Virus record (IMG/VR): IMGVR_UViG_2974644787_000001
Coordinates: 9,624 to 73,623 of that record
Length of the DNA: 64,000 nt
Origin: a virus
Lineage: Duplodnaviria > Caudoviricetes
Reading direction: 5' to 3' (one strand)
Position 1 is the stretch's first letter. Every line of letters starts with the position of its first letter. Shown here one piece after another: positions 38,426-47,434 of the stretch. The notes beneath the pieces are model-generated. The model ran no database searches, was not told where the DNA came from, and saw only the letters and a list, made by a program, of their open reading frames with translations. Position numbers and translations under genes: made by a program.

Positions 38426-39582
38426 TGTCTACGGCATATGCACCTCGAACATTTCTAGCTTATTTTTCCAATATTATGGCTTATATTGTTGGTGCAGGAG
38501 TTCGTCTTACTAATTGGAAGCCTGGTTCTCGGATCAGAACATTAGTAGAAGCAATCGCATTACAATTATCGAGAGGCGATGCTGAATTTTTTGCCGGATA
38601 CCAATATGCAAGAGACAACGCTTGTTATGACTCGTTCAATTTCGGTTTGCTCCCAGGTAACAAGGCAACAGGATATATCCGGTATAATCATACAGGTCAC
38701 ACATCCAATATCGATATACCAGTATTTGCAATTTCACTTTTTGGAATTACCTATAAAACGATTCAACCTGCGACACTCCTCGTAGGGGATACTTCAGTTG
38801 ATATTGATATAATTGCAGATGAGTTAGGGACCAAAGGGAATTTGGTACCTTTAGAAATAGACACGGATCAAGGGAAAGGTGAAATCTATAATCCAATTGA
38901 TCCGAATGCCATTCTTACATATGATAGAATTTTTAATCCTGTAAATATAACAGGCGGTACAGACCAAGAATCAGAAGAATCAAGACAAGCGCGATGGCAA
39001 GAATTCATTACAAATCTTGCACGTTCAACTCTATCTGGTATTAGATCCGCAGTAAGGTCTGTCCCAGGAGTAGTGGACTCTTTCGTAACAGAAAATATTA
39101 ACCCGTATACAGGTGACCCAGAAACAGGATGGATCAATGTTTATATTTCTGATGGAACAGGTAGTGTAGATCCATTGATTGTAGCAGCCGTTAGAAACAA
39201 AATCGATGGAATTGAAAGTACCGATGAACTTGGATACCGTGCAGGAGGGACGACATTATTTGTAGGAAATATCTTAATCCAAGCGGTAAACGTAGACTAT
39301 GAACTTGATGTTTTGCTTACGAGTTCAGTTTCTAACTCAACATTTAAGTCACTAGTCGAGACTTCGATCTCGAATGCTGTGAACCGACTTTCAAACGGTT
39401 CGGATGTTTTGCTCGATTTAATGCGAGCAGCTGCACTAAATTCGCATCCAGATATTTTAAGGATTCGGTTTATAACTCCTACATCTGACGTCTCCGTACC
39501 TTCTGGATCACTACCAAAGATCGGTGGAACCGGAGGCGGAACCATTACGAACTCCGCCATCGATAGGATACCAAGGCCATGA
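38425..39582 (+). CDS. baseplate J-like wedge protein
   Basis: TNWKPGSRIRTLVEA, GTKGN, ITGGTDQESEESRQAR, AVRSVPGV, GWINVYI are baseplate J hallmarks; 385 aa from ATG 38425. Confidence 0.85.
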   Translation: MSTAYAPRTFLAYFSNIMAYIVGAGVRLTNWKPGSRIRTLVEAIALQLSRGDAEFFAGYQYARDNACYDSFNFGLLPGNKATGYIRYNHTGHTSNIDIPVFAISLFGITYKTIQPATLLVGDTSVDIDIIADELGTKGNLVPLEIDTDQGKGEIYNPIDPNAILTYDRIFNPVNITGGTDQESEESRQARWQEFITNLARSTLSGIRSAVRSVPGVVDSFVTENINPYTGDPETGWINVYISDGTGSVDPLIVAAVRNKIDGIESTDELGYRAGGTTLFVGNILIQAVNVDYELDVLLTSSVSNSTFKSLVETSISNAVNRLSNGSDVLLDLMRAAALNSHPDILRIRFITPTSDVSVPSGSLPKIGGTGGGTITNSAIDRIPRP

Positions 39583-40217
39583 TATTCGATTATCTATCGC
39601 TTTTTGGTCGATTTGGTAAAGTTTTCAAAGCAATTCTTTACGACTCAGATAAAGCAGAAAAGCAAACTATTTCTAACATAAATGATATCAATAAAGGTGG
39701 GATTCATAATGCCATAGAATGGCATATGCGAGTCATTTATCGTTTATTGGATGAATTCCCGTTAACTCGCGCTAAAGGATTCTTACTGAGAGATTGGGGT
39801 AGATTTCTCGGAATCTTAAATGATGAAGGTTTGGGAGACGATGACTACCGAGCAAAAATCATCGCTAGATTATTATCAATCGTAGGTACTAAAAACATCA
39901 TCAAAGGACTTATTCCAGAAACTTCAGATGTTTATTTAAGAGAAGGAAACCAAATGGGTTGGTTTTTAGATGTCTGTTATTTGGATACTCCAGCTTATCC
40001 AGACAAAATGGTTGGAGCTGCTTTTACATTCCAACACAATGCACTTTATATTTTATTTCGTACGATATATGACATCAATCTTCCTTTACTTAGGTCGATT
40101 TATGAACTGAAATCGGCCGGTATCGGGGTTTATGCTGGGACCATTGTTGAACTACCGACGCTGGCTCAGATTTATTTAGATTATGGATTCATAGATAGGG
40201 ATTTTCTCGGAGAATAA
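39579..40217 (+). CDS. baseplate wedge protein (gpI-like)
   Basis: AKGFLLRDWGRFLGI..DEG..DDDYRAKII pattern, after J. Confidence 0.7.
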   Translation: MIFDYLSLFGRFGKVFKAILYDSDKAEKQTISNINDINKGGIHNAIEWHMRVIYRLLDEFPLTRAKGFLLRDWGRFLGILNDEGLGDDDYRAKIIARLLSIVGTKNIIKGLIPETSDVYLREGNQMGWFLDVCYLDTPAYPDKMVGAAFTFQHNALYILFRTIYDINLPLLRSIYELKSAGIGVYAGTIVELPTLAQIYLDYGFIDRDFLGE

Positions 40218-40218
40218 T

Positions 40219-41850
40219 ATGCCAATAGTAACAGTACCAGTCACATCAAGTACTAGAAAAAAAACAATTTACAACCCCAATCAGAGGGTTAACTCCAAAA
40301 CCGTTGGGAATATTCCTGGACTAGAAGATGATTTAGTTCTCTATCCAAAATCTATAGCTATGCTAATCAGGGAACTTTTTGGAGCGTTGCCTGCAGATAA
40401 ACAATTCTTTAATGGGAATGTTGAGAGTTTTAATACAACGGAAATTGTAACAAAAGAAGGTGCCTATCTAGTTGGAGACGATATCTATTATCTTGAGGCA
40501 TTGACTCTCGCTCCAACAGCAGCAGGCTTTTGGGGGTTTTTCGAAATTGAACTTGAATCAATTGATTCTGATCCAGCAAGTTTACAATTCTTTGACGTTT
40601 CTACTAATACGTTAAGCCAACAAACAGTCAATACACGGAAATCATTCAACATCAAAGTATATGAAAACTATAATACGACTGCCTCCTTCCCTACTCTCAC
40701 TCCTGGTCGAATCAAATGGATTGAATTTAAGAAAGATGCCGCCTTTGGAAATATTATTGAAGTCACAAAGTTGCTTAACTCAGTTGTTTTCCCAAACGAC
40801 AAATCAGGAACAGTGGCATTACTAGAAGACCAAACATTTATAGGACTAAATGATACACCCGGGAGCTATACAGGTCAGAAAGGTAGAGTTCCAGTTGTAA
40901 ATCAATTAGAGAATGGGATTATCTTTCAGCAACAATTTGGATTGTTAGACTCAAAATGGAGTTCTAGAAAATTTAGTCCTTCACCTTCCGAACCTTGGTT
41001 TAGAAAAGATCTCGACCATACTTTTAACATTTCGAATTGGCCACTACTTGTTCCAGAATTAAGAAACACCAAGTGGGAATTTGGATCGACGAGCATTTTT
41101 AACGTAACTGGCTTCACGCCAGGAACAGTAACGAGACTTCAACTCGAAGACGCTCTCGTTGTTAGAAACTTGGTAAGGGCCCTACTTGAAGATTATCATT
41201 ATTCAAAATCTTATACTGCATCAACGAATGCGGATACGGTTGATGATGATTCAGCCTTTTCAAATTGGGGAATGATTGTTAGAATTGTCACTGACATAGG
41301 AACAGGAATTAACGCACCTAAAGCAAATCAGGAATTCAGAATTCGTTATTTAACTTCGCTAGCAAACACTTTGTCTATAACAAATCGATTCATCTGTATC
41401 GATAAGGATACTTCGGCAAGTGCGACTACAGGATCTGGCACAATCGAAATCACACCTTATCGAATTGCCTCAGCAGGAGTTCCAAATCCAAATCAAGCAC
41501 GATGGAGAAAGCGGCCCGAGTCTGGATTAATGACCCCTGGTTCAACCTTTTATTCCGGAACAGATTTAGTTGAAGTACCAGCTAATTCAAGGGTACGAGA
41601 TAGAGCACACAAACACCGGCATTTTTTCGGATATGCTGATGGCGATAATTCACTAATAAATATTTCTCCACTAATTGGAGATGCAACAAGTATCTATGGG
41701 GATACGGCAAATAATTGGTCGAACAAAAACGTATTCGTGAATGACATGCGATCAACAGGAATTGATGGAGATATTCGTGGTGGCCCAAGCACCAGGGTAA
41801 GATCAGGAGTAGAATATTTATATGGGAATGGTGTAATTTACATCGCATGA
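40219..41850 (+). CDS. tail fibre protein
   Basis: 543 aa after the baseplate genes; collar-like C-terminus (DRAHKHRH...GGPSTRVRS). Confidence 0.75.
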   Translation: MPIVTVPVTSSTRKKTIYNPNQRVNSKTVGNIPGLEDDLVLYPKSIAMLIRELFGALPADKQFFNGNVESFNTTEIVTKEGAYLVGDDIYYLEALTLAPTAAGFWGFFEIELESIDSDPASLQFFDVSTNTLSQQTVNTRKSFNIKVYENYNTTASFPTLTPGRIKWIEFKKDAAFGNIIEVTKLLNSVVFPNDKSGTVALLEDQTFIGLNDTPGSYTGQKGRVPVVNQLENGIIFQQQFGLLDSKWSSRKFSPSPSEPWFRKDLDHTFNISNWPLLVPELRNTKWEFGSTSIFNVTGFTPGTVTRLQLEDALVVRNLVRALLEDYHYSKSYTASTNADTVDDDSAFSNWGMIVRIVTDIGTGINAPKANQEFRIRYLTSLANTLSITNRFICIDKDTSASATTGSGTIEITPYRIASAGVPNPNQARWRKRPESGLMTPGSTFYSGTDLVEVPANSRVRDRAHKHRHFFGYADGDNSLINISPLIGDATSIYGDTANNWSNKNVFVNDMRSTGIDGDIRGGPSTRVRSGVEYLYGNGVIYIA

Positions 41851-41857
41851 GGTAAAA

Positions 41858-42400
41858 ATGTATTATTTAGTTAAAAACGACAGAGTAGTTGATCAATCAG
41901 AGATTGAATCTGATTTACTTTTAATTTCAGAAAATGGGATGTTTATCACAGATTCTTGGCCACCAATTGGTAGAAAATATGAGAACGGAAGTTGGAGAGA
42001 TAAAACTATTTCGGAGAAGACTGAAGATGGGGAAATCTCTCTCGAAAATCGAAGATCAATTCTAAAATCAGAAATCCTTAATTTTCTTTCCAATAAACTT
42101 GAGCAAGGTGTTCAATTTCAGGGATTTAATTTTCAAGCGAGGGAAGAAGATTTAATTCGGATGTCACTTGCAATTAAGAAAATTGAACTTGGAGGATCTT
42201 GGTCTGGTTTTTGGCGAGATAGCATAAACCAATGGAGAGAGCTAACATCAGAACAATTAAATGAACTAGCTCTCACTGCCGGGAATTTTTGGGAAACCTG
42301 TTTTCGCAAAGCACGTACTTTGATCGATGAATTACCATCGAAAAATAAAACTCAACTAGCAAATTTCAATATTCAGGCGGCTTGGGATGCGATCAATTAA
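41858..42400 (+). CDS. tail fibre assembly chaperone (DUF4376-like)
   Basis: GVQFQGFNFQAREEDL...FWRDSINQWRELTSEQL; follows the fibre gene. Confidence 0.65.
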   Translation: MYYLVKNDRVVDQSEIESDLLLISENGMFITDSWPPIGRKYENGSWRDKTISEKTEDGEISLENRRSILKSEILNFLSNKLEQGVQFQGFNFQAREEDLIRMSLAIKKIELGGSWSGFWRDSINQWRELTSEQLNELALTAGNFWETCFRKARTLIDELPSKNKTQLANFNIQAAWDAIN

Positions 42401-42456
42401 CAAGCTAATAAAGAATATCAAGTTCAATTCAAATTCTCATAAGGAAGAAAACTAAA

Positions 42457-43122
42457 ATGACCTTTTGGGATTTTGCTCACTTGCATTTCTTTGAATTATT
42501 TTTTCTGTTACTCTCTGTAACTTTCATTTTTGCAATGATTTTCTGGTTTCTTGTATTTTTAATTAATAAGTATTCATTGAATCTCACTTCAAAATGGTTA
42601 AACTTAAAATCAGAAAAAATTCCTCTCTCGGAATATGTATCAAGAGATACGCTTGTATTTGGACAATTAAGTACACTAAGAGAATATTCGAATGCTGAAA
42701 TTGCAGCAGTCTTTTCACTTCATAATGGTGGAAAATTCAATAACGGTATTTCAGTTCAAAAATGGTCACTGACTCATGATTGCTGTGCAGATGGATCCTT
42801 CCCTTTTTATGATAAAAGCTTAAAATACAGGGACCAACTAATTTCGCAAACAGATTGGGTAGCAAATGCGATTATTGAAGATTTATACTTTTTAGATATA
42901 TCGACAATGCGTGAAACATCAGCGTGGCGCAGGGAATTTGTTCGCAATTCTATTGTTTCATGTGTATTTAAACTCGTTCAAACGAATGACGCGCAGGAAC
43001 TTATTGTTGGGCTATTCTTCAGGGATAACGTAATCAATAAATCTACTTTTGATACTAAAAAGCTAATCGAATACTCTGACCGAATTTCTTCAATACTCAA
43101 AACAGGAATGGAAAACTTATGA
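42457..43122 (+). CDS. membrane-anchored protein, possible holin/antiholin
   Basis: Single N-terminal TM helix, immediately upstream of the endolysin. Confidence 0.5.
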   Translation: MTFWDFAHLHFFELFFLLLSVTFIFAMIFWFLVFLINKYSLNLTSKWLNLKSEKIPLSEYVSRDTLVFGQLSTLREYSNAEIAAVFSLHNGGKFNNGISVQKWSLTHDCCADGSFPFYDKSLKYRDQLISQTDWVANAIIEDLYFLDISTMRETSAWRREFVRNSIVSCVFKLVQTNDAQELIVGLFFRDNVINKSTFDTKKLIEYSDRISSILKTGMENL

Positions 43123-43769
43123 ATAAAATATTAAATTTACTTCTGCCAATTTTAAGATTAATCCTTAATCACGAAAAATTACAGAAACAATCAAATAATT
43201 GGAACGACTCCCCTATCGCTTCAAAGAAAACTGAGACATTACGATCTGAGATTCCAATCCCAGAAACCGTTGAGAAACCGTTATTTTTCCATCCAGTTCG
43301 AATTGTATCGGAAAGAGTTACATCATCTTATGGATATCGAACTTTGAACATCGATGGGAAAGCAGTAAGACAGTTTCACATAGGAACTGATTTCGGAGGT
43401 TCTGGACCGGTATATGCTGTGGAAGATTCGATTGTCGTGAGGGCTTTGGCGGCCGACAAAAAATTTCCGGTTAGATTTGCGAAACGCGATGGAACCTGGG
43501 TAGATCTTATCAAAGCAAAGGAAATCCCATCCGATCGTGCATGGACTCCATATGTGATTTTGAAAGGAATCCATACAGGGAATGAATACAAATACAAACA
43601 CGTTGATCCATCTGTCGAAGTAGGCGCTGAGATAACAGCGGGTACTGAAGTCGGCAGGAGTGGGAATTTTGGATATTCAATGGGAGCTCATTTACACTTT
43701 GAAGTATGGGTAAATTCAAAGACAGTCGATCCACTGAAATATTTAAAATCCCTGGAACTAGTAAAATGA
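43119..43769 (+). CDS. M23-family peptidase endolysin
   Basis: HIGTD (HxxxD) and HLH zinc motifs, GRSGNFGYSMGAHLHFEV. Confidence 0.85.
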   Translation: MNKILNLLLPILRLILNHEKLQKQSNNWNDSPIASKKTETLRSEIPIPETVEKPLFFHPVRIVSERVTSSYGYRTLNIDGKAVRQFHIGTDFGGSGPVYAVEDSIVVRALAADKKFPVRFAKRDGTWVDLIKAKEIPSDRAWTPYVILKGIHTGNEYKYKHVDPSVEVGAEITAGTEVGRSGNFGYSMGAHLHFEVWVNSKTVDPLKYLKSLELVK

Positions 43770-43924
43770 ATTCTGTCGAAGCACTTGCGGAAGGATTTAG
43801 GATTTTGCGTCTGCATGAAAATCTTCCGCAAGAAGTAAAAGACCTCATGGAAACTCTGATTAGAACAAACTTCAAATTAGAGAAAGAAATTATAGAACTC
43901 AAAAAAGGAAAAAACAATGGTTGA
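43766..43924 (+). CDS. small coiled-coil protein
   Basis: ATGA overlap with the endolysin stop; 52 aa. Confidence 0.5.
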   Translation: MNSVEALAEGFRILRLHENLPQEVKDLMETLIRTNFKLEKEIIELKKGKNNG

Positions 43925-44318
43925 ATTTTTATCTTCGGCAATCCCTCAAGCAGTCACATCGACTATCTACATCGGTGCAGTCATTATTGTATCCCAGGCT
44001 GTCTTTCGATTTATCCCGATTAAAGCAGTTCTCTTGCACAAGAAAAGAATGGTATTTATCATCGCAACTTTGATTGCTATTCCTCCGAATGTTCTCTATT
44101 GGATTACAGCACCAGAAAACTTTCAATACTGTGTTGAATTTTCATTTGTACAAGACCCTGTTTGCACTGAACTACCTGGATGGACTCTTTCTCTATATCA
44201 GAGTGCATTTTTGTTTTTAAGTTATCTTCTTTCTCAATTTCTATACGATAAACTTGCTAGAAAAATGTTCGAGAAAGTTGGTTTTGTCCCAAAACCCATT
44301 GATGAGGAAACTCTATGA
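43917..44318 (+). CDS. holin-like multi-TM protein
   Basis: Three hydrophobic segments, in the lysis cassette. Confidence 0.6.
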   Translation: MVEFLSSAIPQAVTSTIYIGAVIIVSQAVFRFIPIKAVLLHKKRMVFIIATLIAIPPNVLYWITAPENFQYCVEFSFVQDPVCTELPGWTLSLYQSAFLFLSYLLSQFLYDKLARKMFEKVGFVPKPIDEETL

Positions 44319-44644
44319 AACTAATCGATCGCTTAAGACTTTTAATTCAGGCACAGGCACCTGGACTCCTTTTCTGTGTGATTGGAATTCTAGTTATTCT
44401 GGTATTTCGCGAATCATTAAAAGACCTTTTTCATTCTCCGCGAATACCTGTGGTAATTCAAAACTCTGGCAAAAAGGCAAACTATGGGCCCGATATCACT
44501 TTTTTGGAGTGTTTGGGAATCCAACACTCCTGTATATATGACAACATTCGTTCTGAAACAGAAAAGTTTATCATTGAAAATTGCGAAGATGAAAACTTTT
44601 GCACGTTAGAAATATCGAATAATAAAAACAGGAAACGAAAATGA
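44315..44644 (+). CDS. inner-membrane spanin-like protein
   Basis: One N-terminal TM, Cys-containing periplasmic part, lysis cassette. Confidence 0.4.
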   Translation: MKLIDRLRLLIQAQAPGLLFCVIGILVILVFRESLKDLFHSPRIPVVIQNSGKKANYGPDITFLECLGIQHSCIYDNIRSETEKFIIENCEDENFCTLEISNNKNRKRK

Positions 44645-45039
44645 AACCATTTCTGATCTTTATATTTTTACTCTGTGCTTGCTCAACACCGCCTAAGAAA
44701 ATTGAATACTCACCTTCTTCACAGACTGGATGCATAAAAATTCAAGAAGTAAAAGCAAGACTTACCTGTATAGGTCGACTAGTTAAACAACTAGAAGGTA
44801 TCCACAACGCAGTGATCTCTGTAGAAGTTGAGAATTTGGAAAGAATAGATTCCGAATATGTAAACACGAAAGAAACCTATTGTTTCACTTCACAGGACAC
44901 TGGCGAAAAATATTTGTGCTTTGAAACTCAAGTTGCAAAATATGATCCGACAACACTGGGGAAGATTTATTCGTTTGGAGTAAAATTTGGGTTTGGATTC
45001 TTATTTGGAATAGTTACTGGTATCGGAATTTCAAATTAA
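44641..45039 (+). CDS. lipoprotein, spanin-like
   Basis: MKPFLIFIFLLCAC lipobox; C-terminal hydrophobic segment. Confidence 0.5.
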   Translation: MKPFLIFIFLLCACSTPPKKIEYSPSSQTGCIKIQEVKARLTCIGRLVKQLEGIHNAVISVEVENLERIDSEYVNTKETYCFTSQDTGEKYLCFETQVAKYDPTTLGKIYSFGVKFGFGFLFGIVTGIGISN

Positions 45040-45052
45040 ATTTACCTAAGTC

Positions 45053-45250
45053 TCAAATGGGATTTAGCTCTTTCGGAGGATAGAACCCCTCTATCTCCGG
45101 GAGTGTTGCTGTAAAAAACCATGAAAAGATAATTACAGAATTGGTTTCCTTATCGACGGATATTTTAATCAATTCGCGCTCAATTCCATCATAAGTTCGG
45201 AATACCATACCTGCTGCAGGTATCACTTTATTGAATTCATTTATTGTCAT
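45053..45250 (-). CDS. hypothetical protein
   Basis: 65 aa, last gene of the leftward operon. Confidence 0.55.
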   Translation of the reverse strand: MTINEFNKVIPAAGMVFRTYDGIERELIKISVDKETNSVIIFSWFFTATLPEIEGFYPPKELNPI

Positions 45251-45503
45251 TTGGTAAATCCTGAAAACTTGCTTCTACTAAATATTGATACACTAAACCA
45301 TTGGCGTTTGGGTCCTTAAAGTAGAGTTGCATTTTGACTCCAATAAGCGGCATACTCTGATCAATGGACGCATGTAATTTTCCATTTTCAAGTGTAAGAC
45401 CCATCCCTTTGAATACCTTTTCCAATTGTATATATGCCTCGCGAGAACCTTCTATCCCAAGCAACGCATCCATTTCTTTTTTATTTTGCCACGTATTGTC
45501 CAT
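45237..45503 (-). CDS. hypothetical protein
   Basis: 88 aa, overlapping neighbours. Confidence 0.6.
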   Translation of the reverse strand: MDNTWQNKKEMDALLGIEGSREAYIQLEKVFKGMGLTLENGKLHASIDQSMPLIGVKMQLYFKDPNANGLVYQYLVEASFQDLPNDNK

Positions 45504-45789
45504 CGATCACCCTCTGCATTCTATCAGCTATTTCGAAAAATTCCTTTTTGATCCAATAACTAACTCTTTCCTCCACACATAAAAGTTCATATTCCGAATG
45601 GCATTTCCAGCATTGGCAAACGATTAAGTTTTTATCGCATGGGTTATTTTGTTTATACAACGCATACTTTTTGAATAAATGGCTCGGAGTTAAATACAAT
45701 ACACTCTTACAGGTAATACAAAATTGTGCCTTTTCAGATTGCATGAATTCTCGCATCGCAGTTTTGATTTCTATCGTACGTCGGTGCAT
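45481..45789 (-). CDS. HNH/NinG-like zinc-finger nuclease
   Basis: CITC...SHLF...NLIVCQCWKCH. Confidence 0.55.
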   Translation of the reverse strand: MHRRTIEIKTAMREFMQSEKAQFCITCKSVLYLTPSHLFKKYALYKQNNPCDKNLIVCQCWKCHSEYELLCVEERVSYWIKKEFFEIADRMQRVIDGQYVAK

Positions 45790-45793
45790 TATG

Positions 45794-46033
45794 TTATAAA
45801 CACAAAAGGGTAACCAATATAAGTTTTATTCGCAGGGTTTTCGGAGGGTAGATTATCGGATGATTAGAAGATTGCCATTGGTCGCCTTCTTTTGTTGGGT
45901 CTAGGAAATAATCCCCACTTGTCCTAGATGTTCCGTGTATTACATTAGGTGGATCATTTTGCGCGCCAGTTATTGCTTGGTGTCTATTGCATTGGTTTAT
46001 CATGCCTATGTCTTTCTCTGTTGCACCCTTCAC
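45794..46033 (-). CDS. hypothetical protein
   Basis: 79 aa from GTG. Confidence 0.35.
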   Translation of the reverse strand: MKGATEKDIGMINQCNRHQAITGAQNDPPNVIHGTSRTSGDYFLDPTKEGDQWQSSNHPIIYPPKTLRIKLILVTLLCL

Positions 46034-46082
46034 CTTATACTCCTTACCTGTTTGTTGTGATACATACTCTGTTTAGATGTGG

Positions 46083-46235
46083 TCATACAAAAAAGTCCCA
46101 TTTAAAAAATCTAATTCCTCGACCAGATAAATCCAATGTGATTATTATGAAATACAAACCCAAGATTCCGTTTTGTTTGTCAAAATGAAACTTTCTGTAA
46201 TCACAATTTGTTAGACTAAAAAATAATTTGCTCAT
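46083..46235 (-). CDS. small hypothetical protein
   Basis: 50 aa, GGAGGGGGAAGG SD-rich sequence before ATG 46235 (hand translation). Confidence 0.45.
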   Translation of the reverse strand: MSKLFFSLTNCDYRKFHFDKQNGILGLYFIIITLDLSGRGIRFFKWDFFV

Positions 46236-46279
46236 CCTTCCCCCTCCACTAGTTCAGATAGGTTGGTTTTGGTGAAATC
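46232..46279. repeat. 48-bp direct repeat copy A
   Basis: 45/48 identical to 46592-46639, exactly 360 bp apart. Confidence 0.9.
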
Positions 46280-46419
46280 AGATTGGTGAATAACAGTATT
46301 TTCCCTTCCCCATATTGGTAACTGCCTTCTGTTTGTTGTTCGTCTTGAACATAATCTAACTCTCGTTTACGTTTATTCACAGCTTCTATCAATCTCTGTT
46401 TAGGTGTGGGGTTGGTCAT
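46249..46419 (-). CDS. small protein, possibly a frameshifted paralogue of 46592..46876
   Basis: 56 aa; an alternative frame ends ...IHQSDFTKTNLSELVEGEG-stop. Confidence 0.4.
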   Translation of the reverse strand: MTNPTPKQRLIEAVNKRKRELDYVQDEQQTEGSYQYGEGKILLFTNLISPKPTYLN

Positions 46420-46595
46420 TGGTTATGCTCATCTGAAGTAAAATGCCTAGCGATAACAAAAAACCAAAAAACAAGTGATAGGCTCCAATCTGTAACAGAT
46501 ACATCTTCGCCATATCTGAATTGTTTTGCGGAATACAAACCCAGTAAAAACGTTACGACAATCAAACCTAATAAGTTAATTATTTTTGTCTTCAT
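46416..46595 (-). CDS. small membrane protein
   Basis: 59 aa, two hydrophobic segments, ATGA overlaps at both ends (hand translation). Confidence 0.55.
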   Translation of the reverse strand: MKTKIINLLGLIVVTFLLGLYSAKQFRYGEDVSVTDWSLSLVFWFFVIARHFTSDEHNQ

Positions 46596-46639
46596 CCTTC
46601 CCCCTCCACTAGTTCAGATAGATTGCATTTGGTGAAATC
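46592..46639. repeat. 48-bp direct repeat copy B
   Basis: 45/48 identical to 46232-46279; encodes DFTKCNLSELVEGEG-stop. Confidence 0.9.
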
Positions 46640-46876
46640 TTGCTGATAGATATTTGAATACTTCGTGATTTCTTTCCTTTGCAAATGAGGGAACCCTAAA
46701 TGATCGTTCCATTCATATAGATCCTTTATCTCATCTAGAAAGGCTCGTTCGTTTTTGGAACAGGTGGGTGGCATGATTTTGCGTAAAGATTCTTCAAACA
46801 AGCTATAATTAAATGTGCCATCATCGTAACAATACGAGTTTGCCAGATTACAAATTTCAGTTATTAGATTTTCCAT
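46592..46876 (-). CDS. hypothetical protein (small paralogue family)
   Basis: 94 aa; PTCSKNERAFLDEI shared with 46883..47182. Confidence 0.65.
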   Translation of the reverse strand: MENLITEICNLANSYCYDDGTFNYSLFEESLRKIMPPTCSKNERAFLDEIKDLYEWNDHLGFPHLQRKEITKYSNIYQQDFTKCNLSELVEGEG

Positions 46877-46882
46877 CTTCTC

Positions 46883-47182
46883 TCACTCTCCTTGAATTAC
46901 TTTTTGTAGGTCGGCGATAAATTTACTCTGCCAAATAATCACACCGCAATCATTGCTAGTTATACATTCGTCGGTAGTGCCAATATTGACTTTTCTATAA
47001 TTAAACTTCTCCACTTCATCCAAAAACTTCCTTTGTTCTTCTCCGCAAGTAGGACGGGAAGCGAGTTGCCATTCCATGAATTCCTTAGTGTAGCCGTAAA
47101 AACACGGCCCTTCCCAAATCTCGGCTCGTTTGCCTGGGTTATCTGCTTCGTATTGTTGTATTAGTTTATTTAGTTGGTTCAT
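46883..47182 (-). CDS. hypothetical protein (small paralogue family)
   Basis: 99 aa; PTCGEEQRKFLDEV. Confidence 0.65.
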   Translation of the reverse strand: MNQLNKLIQQYEADNPGKRAEIWEGPCFYGYTKEFMEWQLASRPTCGEEQRKFLDEVEKFNYRKVNIGTTDECITSNDCGVIIWQSKFIADLQKVIQGE

Positions 47183-47191
47183 TTGTTAGCC

Positions 47192-47434
47192 TTATGATTT
47201 CCTGGTTAATACTTGAACTAAAATTTCCAATTCTTCTACTGTCTGTATATCAGAATCATAATATCCTGCAAGTTTCAAATCCCCTGGTTCACCTCGCAAA
47301 GTTAAATATTGCCCAGTGCGACTATTCAATGTCCAGATATCCATCCCAGCCCATTGATCCTGACCACCAGCTCCGAATCTTTTATATACAAACCCTTTAT
47401 CAATTAAGTGTTGTTTGGTTATTTTCTCACTCAT
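47192..47434 (-). CDS. hypothetical protein
   Basis: ATGA overlap at 47434; 80 aa. Confidence 0.6.
   Translation of the reverse strand: MSEKITKQHLIDKGFVYKRFGAGGQDQWAGMDIWTLNSRTGQYLTLRGEPGDLKLAGYYDSDIQTVEELEILVQVLTRKS

Noticed and set aside
40219-41850. Diversity-generating retroelement or invertible tail-fibre cassette
   Set aside because: No reverse transcriptase, no TR/VR-like repeat pair, no invertase or flanking inverted repeats seen.
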